Positions 24,021-35,788 of a stretch of 64,000 nt of DNA are shown here, piece after piece. The translations under genes and the position numbers were made by a program. Positions within the stretch are counted from its first letter, which is position 1; each line of letters starts with the position of its first letter. Under the pieces are notes generated by a model, which worked only from the letters and a program-made list of their open reading frames with translations, was not told the origin of the DNA and did no database searches. Origin of the DNA: Felis catus (Eukaryota); the NCBI RefSeq assembly GCF_018350175.1, contig NC_058368.1:192822001-192886000 (forward strand). The letters are read 5' to 3'.

Positions 24021-25283
24021 CTGTCAAATTGTATAAAAATCTGCTTAAAATATTTTTCCTTCAGTTCCTTCCCACTGCCTCCAAGATTCTCATAGGTCAC
24101 TGGGTTGTTTGCTGAGCCCTCTGGCTCTCCCTCCCAAGAGGACAGAGAGGTGCCCATGTCTGCAGCATTTCTTTGAGCTGACATACTGCAAGGGAGTGTG
24201 AACTAACAGGATCTCTAGGGTAATGCTAATCCACAACCCAATGTACCCAGGATCCTGTGCCGAAAAGCTGATGGGCACATAAATCAGGTTTTCTAGGGTT
24301 CAGCAAAGGCAAGCACGCAAGTATCCAAGAACTCATCTGTATCCCAGAGAGCTAAAAGGTGTGCAGAGGCAGAGAATGCCAGCAGTAAGGCTCCTACCAA
24401 ACCCATGACCTAGAAAACATGTGCATGGCCTTGATACAAGGGACCGAGATGCTGCCCCACAATGACCTTGTTCCTCCCCAAAAGCGGGCTCCACTCACAT
24501 TTTAATATGCTCATGGTAATATCATAAAACCAAAAATGAAATTAATCAAAACCCAAACTTTACAGCTAAGAAAGGGAAAGCCACCTCTCCCCATCCCCAT
24601 TCCACACACTGGAAACGCTAAGGCTGTACAGTTTCAAAATCAACTAACCTGGCAGTTCTCTGACTTGTGAATTCAATGGACTTGCAGAGATTCCCACCCC
24701 CCCCCCCAACCCCAACCCACTTTCAAAAAATGTTGGGAAGAGACAGTGTTGTGTACTGTTCACCAACTACACGCAAAACAACAAAGAAGGCAACGTACTA
24801 TCCTTTCACAAAACAAAGGATACAGAAGGACATATTCCATAAAATAAAGGACACTGATAATCAATACCGAGTTGGAAAGACCTCCAGCCAGGATCAGTAA
24901 CACACCGAGCTTTTTGACAAAACTCATCGCCCTCCCCTCCTTTTCTCTTTCATTTTACCTAGGACTGGTGAACATTTAAACAACTGGAACAAGTCTGTGG
25001 ACCAGTGAGTGGGAATCACAGCTCCAGCCCAACCCCTTCTACAAATAAGGAAAAGACAACTCTGCGGTTCACAGGGCTGGTTAGTGGCGGGGCCCTCAGG
25101 AACTGCAACGCCCGCCCCGCCTGGTGTCAACCTTGTCTTATCTGTGAAGACACGTGCATAAAAGAGATGTCAAATGAACTTGACTTTCCTTTATTTATCA
25201 AAAGTTTGTTTCTATTCTTCCTAGGCTGCCCCAAACCCCAGGGCTAGTCTGGATTCCAAAAAGACTGAGAACTGCAATTTGGA

Positions 25284-25327
25284 TTAACTTCAGTCACTTA
25301 ACTTTCAGTCACTTAACTTTCAGTCAC
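25284..25327. repeat. Minisatellite: 3 x ttaact(t)tcagtcac (14-15 bp)
   Basis: Units at 25284-25297, 25298-25312 and 25313-25327. Confidence 0.95.
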
Positions 25328-26179
25328 TTTACCCCAGAAGCAGCTAGAAAGCAGAGCACACAGAGGAGGCACACAGCAGGAAAAGATGCAGGGGGCACAC
25401 GCAGCTTCCCAATGCCTGTGTTTTCTCAGAGGGATCTAGGCAGCCCCACGCAAAAGATGTCTGCAGGTCTAAGAAGCGCAGGAATTGTGGGCTTGTTACC
25501 TGTTGTGTTTCTAGCCTCTTTACTCCTAGGAAGCAACTTCTAAGACCATAAACCTGCACCTCAGCAAGTCAGACACAGAAGCCTAAGGTGTGCACCAGGG
25601 TCCCCTTATCTGTGACCTGTGCTGCAAGGCCTAGGAGTTTTCTATTTATGTCCACTTAGGGCTTCTATGGGCAGGTCCAGTCCTGATGTTCACATTCCCA
25701 AACAAAGTCCTGAGGAAAGGCACCAAGGTTTTATTTGAAACTCACAATTCACCCAAATTACTTGACATGGTCTTCAGCATACGGAAGCACTCAATACTTA
25801 TATGGACTAAAAAGAAGGCTGACAGATGTTTCACTATCTCAGCAGAGTGTGCCCCTCCGGGCTGTTTGGAGGACACAAAGCATAGTGACCACGGGATTAT
25901 AGTGTTTAAACCCTGGATCATTCATCAATGGTGAGGTTACGCCCAACATAGTCTAGGCAAATTCCTTTGAACTGGGAAATTCTAACAATGTAAACACTGC
26001 CTTTCCTCCACTGGACTCTGGGTTCCGTAAGGGTGAGACTCCTGTTTCACCCACCTTGGTACCCTCCAAATGTGTCTGGCATGGAGAATGACAAAGTAGG
26101 GGCTCCACAAATGGCTGCTGAGCTAAAACTGAGTCACTGCAAATTTCTGCTTCCTCGGTGTATCCTGGCATACCCTGCC

Positions 26180-26415
26180 ATTCATTCATGCATTTTGTTT
26201 ATTGAGTATTCTTTGTGTCAGGCACTACGCTAGAAAACAGGAATACAGTGGGGAGTAAGGTGGTCCTGGTCCCTGATCTCACAGAACTTGTATTTTTAGC
26301 AGGAGGGATAGATTTTAATCCGTCATCAATACAAACAATCATATAGCTTTAAATCAAAAAAATAATCTAAAGGAGAGCTAGAGAATAGTATGAGAGTACA
26401 TAATAAAGGACAGAC
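26180..26415 (-). mobile_element. L2 3' end
   Basis: cattcattcat..tttattgagtatt..tgtgtcaggcact..ccctgatctcacagaact. Confidence 0.8.
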
Positions 26416-26664
26416 TTTAGATGTTGTGGAGTGTAGGCATTTTAATCATACTAAAACAAAACCTCAACTCTGTTGGCATAGATGATTTAGTAAAAGGAAA
26501 ATGTGTAGAGCCCAGGAATTCATTAGGTGGTTGTAATACCACAGTGTACAGATCAGCAATATAGGAAAAGTAAAAACCTTCATCCCCTGGTTCTCTAGTC
26601 TTTACCAACGGAAGCAACAAAAACTGACACGAATGTAATTGATTCCACAGAAGAAACCATTTTT

Positions 26665-26889
26665 TTTTTAATGTTTTTTTTTTTTTCAACGTTTATTTAT
26701 TTTTGGGACAGAGAGAGACAGAGCATGAACGGGGGAGGGGCAGAGAGAGAGGGAGACACAGAATCGGAAACAGACTCCAGGCTCCGAGCCATCAGCCCAG
26801 AGCCTGACGCGGGGCTCGAACTCACAGACCGCGAGATCGTGACCTGGCTGAAGTCGGACGCTTAACCGACTGCGCCACCCAGGCGCCCC
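26665..26889 (-). mobile_element. Young felid Can-SINE
   Basis: Young-type diagnostic bases. Perfect TSD gaagaaaccattttt at 26650-26664 and 26891-26905. Confidence 0.97.
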
Positions 26890-26929
26890 GGAAGAAACCA
26901 TTTTTAACAACCGCAACATAAATAGTTTG

Positions 26930-28354
26930 AGGCTCAGCTTCCATCTCCAGTAGTATGGTGGACTGGATACTCTGACAGAACCACTAACTAAGAGCAACTA
27001 GAAAGAGAAAAAAAAGCAACAACAAAAACAAAATCACGTATTTTAAATCAATTAATAAACTTGCAAGAAAGCAAAACATAATCAGAAACCAAAACCAAAA
27101 TGAAAATAGGAACTCAGAGGTGAATGGACACCTGAAACTACCTTATTTATGTATGTATGTATGTATGTGTATGTATGTCTGTCTGTCTGAGGGCCTTCAC
27201 ACAACCAGGCTTAATGCAAATGTTGATCTGCGCATCCTCTTAGAACACAGGACACAGGGAACAAAGTCAAAGTCCATGCCAGGTGGGAAGCTTGAAAGAG
27301 ATCCACTCTACATCACCACTCACGGACAGCTGAGACATCCTTAGTATAAGAACAAGTTAGAAACAAACCAGAAAATTGGCTTAACTTTTGGCAATGAGTA
27401 AACTAGGTGGTAGGGAATCTCTCTTGAGAATCTGTTACCACAAGCCACCTCTCATACAGGTTTGTGGTCCCTAACCAGAATACCTAGGAGTCTGAAAAAC
27501 TTCAAGCTGAGAATTAAGTATAAAGGGGCCCCACTAGGTATGTAGCAGAACCAAATGCCAATCTTTTCTGGAAGAACACACCTTCACCCAGGCCTCAAAG
27601 AACCCCAACAGAAAAGAGTGTCAAGAGATATAAGCAAAACCAAACAAATATATAAAATATATAAAGAAAAGAGGAACCAGAAAAGCGGGGGGGGGGGGGG
27701 GGGGCGCAGCAAAACCGGACCCACCGAAAAAACCCTTAAATTACCAGACATGGAATGTGTTTAATCATGCTTTCATAAATAAAAAGGATTAAAAATATTA
27801 AAAATAATGAGGCTATGAAAAAGAATGAGCAGATTTTTTAAAAATCCAAATACAACTTTTACAACTCTAACAATAGGAGAAAAAAAAAAACTCAGTGGGA
27901 AGGTAAAACAGTAGCCTAACTAGATCTCAAAATGAACTGATGAACTAGAAAGGAATTCTGAGGTAATTATTCAGAAAGCAGAACTGGTAAGGAAGAATAA
28001 GGAAGATATGAAAAAAGATAAGAGACATGGGGGCGCCTGGGTGGTTCAGTCAGTTGAGCGTCTGACTCTTGATTTCGGCTCAGATTATGATCCCAGAGTT
28101 CTGGGATGGAGCCCCATGTAGGGCCCCTCTCCCCTCACCTCTCTTTCTCTCTAAAATAAAAAAGGAATAAAGGGGGAAAAAAAGAAGTTAAGAGACATGG
28201 AAAATAGAGTGTAAAGGTCTAAAAAAATGTGTGAAATAGGAAAGGAAAGACCAAATGGGGCAATGGAAATACTAAGGAGGTAAAGACTGAGAAATCTCTT
28301 GAAAAGAGACAATAATTGAAGATTCCACAAAGCTAATCCTAATCCACACAGGAT
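26930..28354 (+). mobile_element. Ancient L1M 5'UTR/ORF1 region, left part
   Basis: A-rich degenerate L1 ORF1-like sequence (aactcagtgggaagg, tgaactagaa, gattccacaa). Continues after 30926. Confidence 0.55.
28029..28185 (+). mobile_element. Older Can-SINE with internal deletion
   Basis: Head ggggcgcctgggtggttcagtc..tcttgatttcggctc. TSD taagagacat(gg) on both sides. Confidence 0.9.
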
Positions 28355-28370
28355 TAAAAAATATATATTA

Positions 28371-30910
28371 ATACCAAAACCAGACAAAGACACTAAAGAA
28401 AACTATACACAAATTTCCTCTTCAAAACTGATATAAAAATTCTAAATAAAATTTTGGCAAATCAAATCCTACAATACATAAAAAGGATAATAAATCATGA
28501 CCAGTGGAGTTTATCCTGGGAATACAAAGTTGCTTTAGCATTCAAAATCTATCACTGTAATCCACTATATTAACAAATCAAAAAAGAAATAACAAATAAT
28601 TATCTCAATAAATGCAGAAAAAGTTTTTGACAAAATCCAACATCTATTCCTAATAAAGACTTTCAAGAAACCAGAAATACAAGGAAACTTTCTCAACCCG
28701 ATAAAGGACATTTACAACAAAACCTACAGCTAGCATCGCATCTGTCACCATTAAGACTGAATACTTTCATCCTTGGATCAGAAACAGCACAAGGATGCTC
28801 TTGCCACCTCTATACAACAATACACTGGACGTTCTAGCCAGTGCTATAAGGCAAGGAAAAAAAAGTCATCTAGATTGGAAAGAAATAAGTAAAAATGTCT
28901 TTATTTGCAAAGGACATGATTGCCTACGTAGAAAACCTAATAGAACCTACAAAAAAAGCTACTAGAACTAGTAAATGAGTTTGGCAAGATTACAGGAGAC
29001 AAGATCAATATGCAAATAACTGTATTTCAATATATTAGCAATTAACAACTCAAACTGAAATTTTCAAAATACCATTTATGAAATCATTAAAAATGATCAA
29101 ATCCTTTGGATAACTCTGAAAAAGATGTAAAGACTAAAAACTACAAAACACTGCTAAGATAAACAAAAAACGAAATCAATGAAGCTATACAATCTACATA
29201 TGTCAAAAGACTATTGTTAAGATGTCTACTCTAAAACTGACCTATGGGCCAATGTAATCCCAATAAAAGTCCCAACAGGTTTTTTCATAGAAATTAGGAT
29301 TTTCAAACTCATCTGGAAATGCAAAGCACCTAGAATTGCCAAAACAACCTTGGAAAAGAACAAAGTTGGATAACTAACACCTTATTTCAAGGTGTTATTT
29401 ATTATAAAGTGACAGCAATCAGGATGGTGTGGTAGTGGCATAAAGAAAAACAATAGATGAATGAAACACAACAGAGGGTACTGATACAGACCCACACATA
29501 TATGGGCAACTTATTTTTAACACAAATGCAAAGGCAATTAAGTGGAGAAATGACAGTCTACTCAACTAATGATAATGTAACCACTGGATGTCAATATGCA
29601 AAAAGATAGGAGAAGGAGAAAGAGAAGGAGAGGAGGAGGAGGAGGAGGAGGAGGAGGAGGAGGAGGAGAAGAGGAGGAAAAGAAGATCCACATTTTACAC
29701 TACATATAAAAATTAACTCAAAATGGATCACAGGTCTAATTGTAAAACCTAAAATTATAAAAATTCTAGAAGGAAACAAAATCACAACAAAAACTTTGTG
29801 ACCTTGGGTTAGGCAGATTTCTTAGATATGACACCGAAAACATAATCAATATAAGAACAAATTGATAAACCAAACTGAAACAAAATTTATAACTTCTGCT
29901 CTTCAAAAGACACTGTTAAGAGAATAAAAAGATAAGCTGCAGAGTGGAATAAATACTCATAAAGGACTTCTTTCCAGAACATAAAGTATGTATCTCATAA
30001 AGGACTTCTTTCCAGAACATAAAGAACTCTCAAAATTCAATAACAAGAAGCCAAACAACCCAATTTTTAAAGAATGGGCAAAAGATATCAGCAGACACAT
30101 CATCAAGAAGATATACAGAGGGCAGATAAGTACATTAAAAGATGCTCAACATCACTGGTCACCAGAGAAATACAAATTAAAACCACAATGAGATACCAGC
30201 ACACACCAATTAGAAAGGCTAAAATTGAAAAGATCGATCATACCAAGTGTTGATGGAACTGAAGAAGAAATGGAAACACTCATACACTGATGCTGGGAAC
30301 ATAAAATGGTACCACCACAATTTTTAAAAAGTTAAATATACACCAAACATAACCCAGTCGTTCCACTCCTATGTATTTGCCCAAGAGAAATGAAAGCATA
30401 CACCCACACAAAGACTTGTACATTAAAACTCAAAACTTTGTACTAACCCCAAACTGGAAACAACCCAAATATATACCAACAGGTAAACAGACAAACAAAC
30501 AGTGGTATAGTCATACAAAAGAACACTACTGACCATTAAAAAAGCAAGAAACTATTGATAACGCCACAACAAGAATGAATCTCAAAATAATCACGCTCCA
30601 AGAAAGAAGCCAGACTTTAAAAAGAGTACATACTGTATGACTCCATTTGTGTAAAATTCCAGAAAATACAAACTAGTCTACAGCGATAGGAAATAGATCA
30701 GTAGTTGCCTGGGGACTAGAGGAAGGCAGGAGGGACAGGAAGAAGGGGTTATACAATACAAAGGGACACAAGGAAACATTGGGGTATGTTCATTATCTTG
30801 ACATGACAGTGTCACAGTTATATACAGATGTCAAAAGTTACCAAATTATGTATAGACTTCAAACGTGTGCAATTTACTAGATGCCAATTATACGTCAATA
30901 AAGCTGCTTT
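28371..30910 (+). mobile_element. 5'-truncated old L1 (L1ME/L1MD-like): degenerate ORF2 RT/C-terminal region and 3'UTR
   Basis: ataccaaaaccagacaaagac, atctcaataaatgcagaaaaag, tttgacaaaatccaacatc, attaactcaaaatggatca, aaaaccacaatgagatacca, aataaagctg. Degenerate TSD taaaaa(a)t.ta.atta. No intact ORF. Confidence 0.9.
29609..29678. repeat. (GGA)n/(GAA) purine-rich microsatellite within L1
   Basis: Read directly from the sequence. Confidence 0.95.
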
Positions 30911-31720
30911 TAAAAATCTACATTATAATGAAACTGCAGACCAAAAAGAGATAAAATCTTTTTTTTAAATCTTAAAAGTAGCCAGAGAAAAGACAGATTT
31001 AATATAAAAGAATAATCATTATACTACCCCTGGCTTCTCAACAGTTATATTAAACCTGGAAGGCAGCAGAATAATGTATTGAATATACTGAAGGTAAAAA
31101 ACGGTCAAACTGGAATTGTATACCCAGAAAGAACAGGAGCAAAATAAAGATATTTGCAAGCAAAACCTAGAGTTCACTCTTAAAATACCCTCAAAGAAAT
31201 GTAAAACAATATGCTTCAGGCAAAAGGAAAGTGATTCCATTCGGAAGGCCTATATAAAACAGTAAGAGTACAGTCTTATGGAATTAAAAATAATAATTAA
31301 ACATAAGGAACACAGTCAATATCATTACACACAATATCAATGTGACAGTGATATAAGCGGACAGATGGTAGGTATACTTGTAGTGATAACATGATGTATA
31401 AACCTGTTGAATCACTAAGTTGTACACCTGAAACATAACATTGTGTGTCAACTATACTCAATAATAGTAATAACAATAACTAAAATACAGAAGAGGGGGT
31501 GATCAAAGGTGAGGTGTACTGGCTGGGAGTAGGGTAAGTATATTGATTAATTTTAGATTCAAGAATACACGTTAAATTTTCTTAGTTAACTATTCAAAAT
31601 GTAGAAACGGAATACTGAACTTTTATAGCAGAAGGGAGGGAAAAAGCAAAATGAGAAAAAATTCCCAAAGAAGTCAGGAGAGAAGAGGAGGAAGAAACAT
31701 AAAAACGTGAGACAAAAAGA
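30911..31720 (+). mobile_element. Ancient L1M ORF1/inter-ORF region, right part
   Basis: ataatgaaactgcag, aaatcttaaaagtagccagagaaa, gaattgtatacccag: L1 ORF1 C-terminal pattern. Confidence 0.7.
31302..31470 (+). mobile_element. Short L1MA9/L1_Carn-like 3' end
   Basis: tgttgaatcactaagttgtacacctgaaac..tgtcaactatact. TSD-like aa(t/c)aataa(t/c)taaa at ~31289 and ~31472. Confidence 0.8.
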
Positions 31721-31894
31721 AATGCCTGAAGACAGCAGGAAAAAGCCTCCACTAAAAGGTGAACTTCTGTAGAGGGAGGCTGTTCGATGCTGCACACTGT
31801 GAGCCTACCATAGCGTCTGGCACGTATTTCCACTTTTGATAGATATCAAATGAATGAGTTTGGTAAGTAAATAAACAAATGTTTGGAAGAATGG

Positions 31895-32605
31895 ATGGCA
31901 TAATAAAAAAATATATCTGGTCTCAGTCCCAAGTTCCTGGCACAAATCTCTGAAAACCCTTGGAATTTCCAGGGTGGCAGGAGTGCCTTTTGTCATTCAT
32001 AAGTCAAAGGGAGCCCCTTTTGAGCACAGGTGAGTTTAGGCTAATAAGGTGACGTAGGGTGGGACCTCCCCAGATAACCTGAGGATGGGGCTGGTCACCA
32101 GAAGGGGCAGGGGGCTGGGTTGCAGATTAAGATATACAAAAACTCTTGAATAAAAGGATGTGATGAGCTTCTGGGTTGGTAAACATGAAGGAAGAGTAGA
32201 ACACCCCAGTTCCACTGTGACAGAAGCTCCTGTACTCAGGACCCTTCTGGACCTCTCACCCTATGCACCTCTTCATCTGGCTGTTCACCTGTATCCTTTA
32301 TAACACCTCTTATAATCAACCGGTAAACGTAAGTAAATATTTCTCCAAGTTCTAGCAAATTAATCACACCTGAAGAGGGAGTGGTGGAACCCTCTGATTG
32401 ATAGCCGGTGATCAGAAACCCAGGTGAACTGGACTTGTGATTGGCATCTGAAATGGGGGCAGTCTTATGGGACTGAGCCCTTAGCCTGTGGGGTCTGATG
32501 CTAACTTGAGGCTGACAGTGTCAGAACGGAGTCAAATTTGTAAGACACCCAGTAGCATCCACTGAGAACTGGAGAACTGCTTGATGGTATTGGAAAAAAA
32601 AACCC
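31895..32605 (+). mobile_element. MER21C-like ERVL solo LTR
   Basis: gttcctggcacaaatctctgaaaacccttggaatttcc, cctcttcatctggctgttcac, ggtaaacgtaagta, gggactgagccctt. Confidence 0.85.
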
Positions 32606-33474
32606 ATCGGGATAGTAAATGAATGAATCTGGTTAGCTGAATGAATAAATGTGTGAATAATATAAAACTTCATTTTGACCAAAAGACTCAGCCTTCTCCA
32701 GGCACCACTTCATTTATCAGAATTAGCCAACAAATTACAGACAGGACAAATTGGGTTTCTCTCTTCTCCCTGGCCACTGTCTGGGAGCAATGAAGTATGA
32801 GAAATACAGATGGACAAGAAAGGAAGTGACAGAAAGGGGACTGGGTCAAATTAGTCCCGGCTTATGGAAAAGTCGGCAGAATAAAAAATCATGTACAGGA
32901 GGTAGCTTCTAGTTTTGAATTATATTATTTATTCCCTCCTGTCCATTTCTATGACTAATACCCTAGCTGAGGCCCTTGATACCTATAGTAGCATCACAAG
33001 GCCTTTGTCCCTCTTCTATGTCCTTGTCCATCCAGACTCTATCCCATCACCATACAGAGCCAGCGTATCACTTGCCCCCAATCCTCCTTTCTCAGATGTT
33101 TCAGTGGGTCCCAACTGCCTCGTGGAATCCAGTTCAAACTTCTCAGCCTGATTTTTGAGGCCCTTGGAGTTGATTTTCAAGACCTTTTCTTGTACCTTTC
33201 CCCCTGAAGAATACTGGACTTTGGTCAATAGGTCCCATGACCCTTCCAACCTCTTCTACATCCTTGCTCATGCCGTTCCCTTCAACTGCCATTCCTCTTC
33301 TGCCATCTTTGTTACTGAGGTTGTAAACACTCCTCAAGGCCCAACTTGGATGTTAACGCCTCGATGGTGCTTTCTGGTACAGAATCAAAAATAAATTTTT
33401 TCACTTCTTGTTCCATAACACTCTGTTTATAACTCTCGTATGATTCTCAACACATCTTAGCTTATGCTCTACCT

Positions 33475-33705
33475 GGAAGGCAGTTAGTCTAACGGTTAAG
33501 TACATGGACTTTGAAGTCAGACAGAAGTGAGATTGAATCCATATCTGCCATATCATAGCTGTATGCTCTGGGGAAGTTACTTAGCTCCTCTAAGCCTCAG
33601 TTTCTTCATCTGCAAAATGGGGAAAATCTATATTAGAGGGTTGTTCTGAACATTAAATGAGATCATGCCAATCAAGCATATAGTATACACAGTAATTACT
33701 GTCAT
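33475..33705 (+). mobile_element. MIR, flanked by L2 fragments (~33270-33470 and ~33735-33840)
   Basis: ggttaagtacatggactttgaagtcagacag, gcctcagtttcttcatctgcaaaatgggg. Confidence 0.85.
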
Positions 33706-34019
33706 CAGAATACGTGTATATGCTCACTCTTCCATGGATGTGAGCCCCTTAGAAGAGTATCCACATCTCATGATGTTTCTACATTTCCTTCCATCTCTTC
33801 TAATACCTAGTATGGTGCCGCACACAGTGCTTTTCTCAAATTATGTAAAATAATTTCTAAGCCAAGAGGTAATGTTATAAATACACTCTCAATCATGTTG
33901 GTACCAAGTTTGGGTTCTAAAGGATTCTTAAGGCTTATTGCATTTGTTCAATATTCAATGGCTTTCATGTCCCTGGAAACCCCATATGCTCCAGATTTTA
34001 CTCAACAATACTGACACCT

Positions 34020-35215
34020 TATTAGGAAAACAGCCACGGACCAGGAGAATACATTCCCAAAACATGTATCAGACAAAAGACTTGTATTACAGAATATATT
34101 TTTAAAACTCTTAAAATTCCATAAAGACAAACAACCCAAATGAATGAAAACTGGCGGAAGATTTTAACAGGCACTTCACAAAAGATACAAAATAGCCAAC
34201 AAACCCATGAAGACAGGTTCTTCATGACAGCACGCAAATGTCATGTCAGGAGGCGTGAATATTGCACACCCCACAGAAGAGCTAAAATTGAAGACTGATC
34301 ATTCCAAGTGTTGTCAAGGACGCTGAGCAACTGGAACTCTCACAGGCTGACGTGGGCATTCAAAGCGATACAACCACTTTGGAAAACAATTTGTCAGCTT
34401 CTTAAAAAATTAAACATACACCTACCATACCACCTAGCCAATACACTGTTTCTGGAGGTACCTATCCACCCAAGTGAAACAAAACCCCAGACCTGTACAC
34501 AAATGTTCGTAGCAACTTTATTTGTACAAGCCAAAAGCTAGAAACAACCGAAATGTCCACCAACACGAGAACGGATAAACAAATGACGGAACAGACACAT
34601 AATGGGAAACTGCTCAACAATAAAATGAAACAAGCTGCTGATACGCAGGAGGACATGGAGGAGTCTCAATGATCATCTTGCTTGGTGAAAAAAGCAGGCA
34701 AAGAGGAACACACATTGGGTGAAGTTCTATGCAATTTCTAGAAAACACAAGCTCATCTAGAAAGAAAGCAGGTCAGTGACTGCATGGAGACAGAGGGAAG
34801 GACTAGTTACAAAAGGGCACAAAGAGGGGTGCCTGAGTGGCCCAGTCAGTTAAGCATCTAACTTCTGCTCAGGTTATGCATGACCTCAGGGTTTGTGAGT
34901 TTGAGCCCCTGGTCAGACTCTGTGCTGACAGCTCTGAGCCTGGAGCCTGATTCGGATCTTGTGGTCTCCCTCTCTCTCTCTTCTTCCCCCACTGGGGCTC
35001 GTGCTCTCTCTCTCTCTCTCTCTCTTTCAAAAATAAAATAAAAATTAAAAAAATTAAAAAGACAAAAGGGCACAAAGAACCCTCCGGGGATGATAGAAAT
35101 ATTTATTATGATTTCGATGGTAGTCTCACAAAGTTTATACATATGTTAAAATGGATTAAGTTACACACTTTCAAAAGTGTGCAATTTATTGTATCTCAAA
35201 TACCCCTCAACACAG
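34020..35215 (+). mobile_element. Old L1 (L1ME-like) 3' region interrupted by a SINE
   Basis: acaggcacttcacaaaaga, tacaaccactttggaaaaca, gaaacaaccgaaatgtcc, gtgcaatttattgtat. Confidence 0.85.
34826..35061 (+). mobile_element. Can-SINE (SINEC)
   Basis: Perfect 17 bp TSD acaaaagggcacaaaga at 34809-34825 and 35062-35078. Confidence 0.96.
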
Positions 35216-35742
35216 TTGTCTGAAAAATATGTACTTAAATTTTTTTTTTTCCTTATAAAAACCAACCACAAAATAAAACGAGCAGGATGTTCACCGGCAA
35301 AGTAAGCAAAACCTAAAGTTGGTCTGAAAGCTGCTCTTGGAAGCATGGCCTCAGCACAAAGAGCGGCGGAAGGCCAAGAGGCAGGAAGCTCGGCAGACAG
35401 GCCTCAAATCGCAGCGGGGAGCACCATAAATGTGGCTTGGAGAGGACCAGCGTTCTGTGGTTGCCTTCGTGGCAAAGCTAATTTACTCAGCGGCTGAGTC
35501 CATGGCAATCCAACACTTGGAGGCTGAGACAGTTGTCAGGTTGCATTCCTGTGGCCTTTTTTCTTTCTTTTCCTGTGTGCATTTTCAAAGAGCTTCCTGG
35601 GTGCCTGTGGAGTCTTCACCCAAGAAGAGAGCTGTAATGGGAGATTTCAGGTATGGCTGGATGTCCCAGATCCTTGGGGGAAAGCAGAGGCAGAGCTTTT
35701 GCATGGCTCCAGGCATGGGTGTGCAGGCTGAGCAGGCACACC

Positions 35743-35744
<2 letters not shown>

Positions 35745-35779
<35 letters not shown>

Positions 35780-35788
35780 GGGGGGGGG
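35745..35788 (+). repeat. G34-A-G9 homopolymer tract
   Basis: Read directly from the sequence. Confidence 0.9.

Noticed and set aside
27687..27735. Odd CpG-containing, homopolymer-rich sequence after the G18 tract
   Set aside because: Looks like degraded base-calling downstream of a G homopolymer rather than biology.
25284..30024. Short direct repeats as a CRISPR-like array
   Set aside because: Only 2-3 copies, no unique spacers of regular length, no cas genes, and the DNA is mammalian.
28371..30910. Reverse-transcriptase-like sequence as an active element or novel RT system
   Set aside because: Degenerate L1 ORF2 with many stops and frameshifts; no long ORF in the track.
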